In this document: piece by piece, positions 62,597-64,000 of the stretch | How the letters are laid out: the number at the start of each line of letters is the position of its first letter | Position numbering within the stretch: the first letter of the stretch is position 1 | Translations under genes and position numbers: made by a program | Notes under the pieces: generated by a model | What the model was told of the DNA's origin: nothing | Seen by the model: only the letters and a program-made list of their open reading frames with translations | Databases searched by the model: none | Source of the DNA: Phycisphaerales bacterium | GTDB taxonomy: Bacteria; Planctomycetota; Phycisphaerae; WQYP01 | Length of the DNA stretch: 64,000 nucleotides | Assembly: GCA_027451365.1 (NCBI GenBank) | Contig: DAIDJN010000019.1 | Location: 14,400 to 78,399, forward strand | Direction: 5' to 3'

Positions 62597-63475
62597 TTAT
62601 CCTCCCCCGCTTTCGCACGGACAACCCGGCCCGGGCGTGAATTGGGATCCCGGTACAACCTCAATTTCGGCCCCCGTCTCAACCGGCCCAGAAATCCGTA
62701 TCCATTGGGTCTGGTATGGCGAGCCTTGGAATACGTAACCCGTGATTAAGCCTATAGCAGTGCCAATCGCGAATCCGATGGCGAAACCGCCAAGCGTTCC
62801 TTCAGGCCCGATGGCAGTTCCGGCTGCACCACCTGCGGTACCGATGACCTGAGAGGGTACGACAGGCTCCCACCAATTAGTATTGTTGCCGGTGGCGACC
62901 AACGCGGCGGGGGCGTAAACAGGGTTTCCCAATTTTACACACTGATCGCCAAATTTTGCCCATTTCGTATTGGAATAACCGACGACCTCTTTCCCACGTT
63001 GGCCGGTGTAATACCAAATTGAGCCGCCATCGCCCGGCACAGGCGACCATCCGCCAGCGCCATCATAAACCGGGTATCCGTCCGGGCCCGGTTTCGGCGG
63101 CAACGTGCGGCCGCCGAGTCCGTTTGCGTCGGCCTTCTCCGCCGCCTCTCCCCCCACATACCCATACAAATTTACCCCGCCCGCATACCCGATTGGATCA
63201 CGTTGAATCCAGCGGACAAGGACGGCGTTGTATGTCCGATTGCGAACGTAATTAAGCTGCGATTCCGGATCAAGGCGATAGCTGCAATATATTATTTCAT
63301 TCGCACAGGAGGTATTTAAGGAAATGGAGGTATCGCGAGGACTACGGACAGACAGGATGTCTGCGGTTCGGCGCTCCACAGATTTTCCAGCCTGCCAAGA
63401 TTCATCGCGCAAGCGGCCGCAACTTCGCGGCTTGGTGCCGTGGTGGTGGTCAAATTGTTTATCCAGCACGACCAT
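62597..63475 (-). pseudogene. Orphan Rhs module: Rhs-associated core fragment plus C-terminal toxin-like domain
   Basis: From ~63301 reads NEIIYCSYRLDPESQLNYVRNRTY...RWIQRDPIGYAGGVNLYGYVGG...DANGL (Rhs core end). The first ~58 codons do not look Rhs-like and there is no YD-repeat body. Confidence 0.8.
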
Positions 63476-63517
63476 AAACTGCCTTTAGAAAGGCCGACCT
63501 TGCTCCTGTAATTTAAA

Positions 63518-63718
63518 TCATACGCTGGCATTTGCTAACTGCCAAGCCAGTTCACGTCCCTGGGCATCCATTATTTTGACGCCCGATTCGCCCTTGCCAT
63601 CAAGGCTCACCGCCTGATTCCCCCGGCTGTCGTGGCCAATATAATTGATGCGGGCATTGCTCGCACCCGGTATCAGGCCAATCGATTCATCCAGCCGTCC
63701 TACCATTTCCGCGGCCAC
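63518..63718 (-). pseudogene. Degenerate YD/Rhs-repeat fragment
   Basis: HDSRGNQAVSLDGKG......MDAQGREL resembles the YD-repeat pattern YDxxGn....D..G......YDAxGR. Confidence 0.45.
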
Positions 63719-64000
63719 CAGACAATGATGTTAAATAAGATTCCCAGCCACCACAGCTGAAGTACTAAATACCATCCCAATACGCCAAATACCCGCGAAA
63801 GTTTTGAAGGCCCGGATCGCTCCGTCCCGGTTATCGCTTTGCTACGGGCAATCATCTCCCGGCAGAATTCCAGGCATTCCCTTAGCTGCGCCTCATCGGC
63901 AAAGGTGTGCTCTGGTATGAACACAGCGAACTGCGCCCCCCAAACCTGATCACCCCTGAAAAACCCGAGTCCGCCCGCAATTACCTCCACCCGGGTCAAC
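63700..64000 (-). CDS. 3' part of a membrane protein (YcxB-like motif), truncated by the window edge
   Basis: Open frame to the edge; FIPEHTFADEAQLRECLEF resembles the YcxB C-terminal motif; terminal hydrophobic helix. Confidence 0.4.
   Translation of the reverse strand, partial: LTRVEVIAGGLGFFRGDQVWGAQFAVFIPEHTFADEAQLRECLEFCREMIARSKAITGTERSGPSKLSRVFGVLGWYLVLQLWWLGILFNIIVWWPRKW

Noticed and set aside
1..64000. tRNA, rRNA, known riboswitches, IS or integrase genes
   Set aside because: None recognised by eye; T-loop-like strings such as GTTCGAATC near 31909 fall inside CDS. tRNAscan and Infernal were not run, so small RNAs could be missed.

Overview
Bacterial chromosomal window. The gene content (PEP-CTERM proteins, prepilin-type/H-X9-DG proteins, planctomycete-style hypotheticals) suggests Planctomycetota, possibly Phycisphaerae; this is inference. 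From left to right: (1) a kdpFABC-kdpD potassium-uptake operon on the minus strand, with two small peptides missed by the ORF track and KdpE-type boxes; (2) sucAB and an HU-like gene; (3) a ~17 kb carbohydrate locus with a GH55-like enzyme, TPR protein, unknown secreted protein, rhamnogalacturonan acetylesterase, a PEP-CTERM pectate lyase on a beta-strand-repeat stalk, a prepilin-type protein, a second PEP-CTERM protein and a divergent AraC with a duplicated operator/promoter module; (4) housekeeping genes GDPD, rho, GH43, cysE, UbiD-family, gltX and clpP; (5) a Tudor-like/caspase-like protein and a second prepilin-type gene; (6) a tightly coupled 6-gene glycan operon (GH-A + GT2 fusion, ABC exporter, two acyltransferases, GT-like protein, ChbG/YdjC deacetylase); (7) infC (ATT start), a YccA-family gene, a GT-C/GT87-like gene and membrane hypotheticals; (8) a ~1.4 kb non-coding tandem array of ~320-345 bp mosaic units, each with a REP-like hairpin and a variable 9-mer microsatellite; (9) an orphan Rhs C-terminal toxin module with a coupled membrane protein and Rhs remnants at the right edge. 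No tRNA, rRNA, CRISPR array, transposase or integrase was recognised. All family calls are by-eye motif recognition; no database searches were run.
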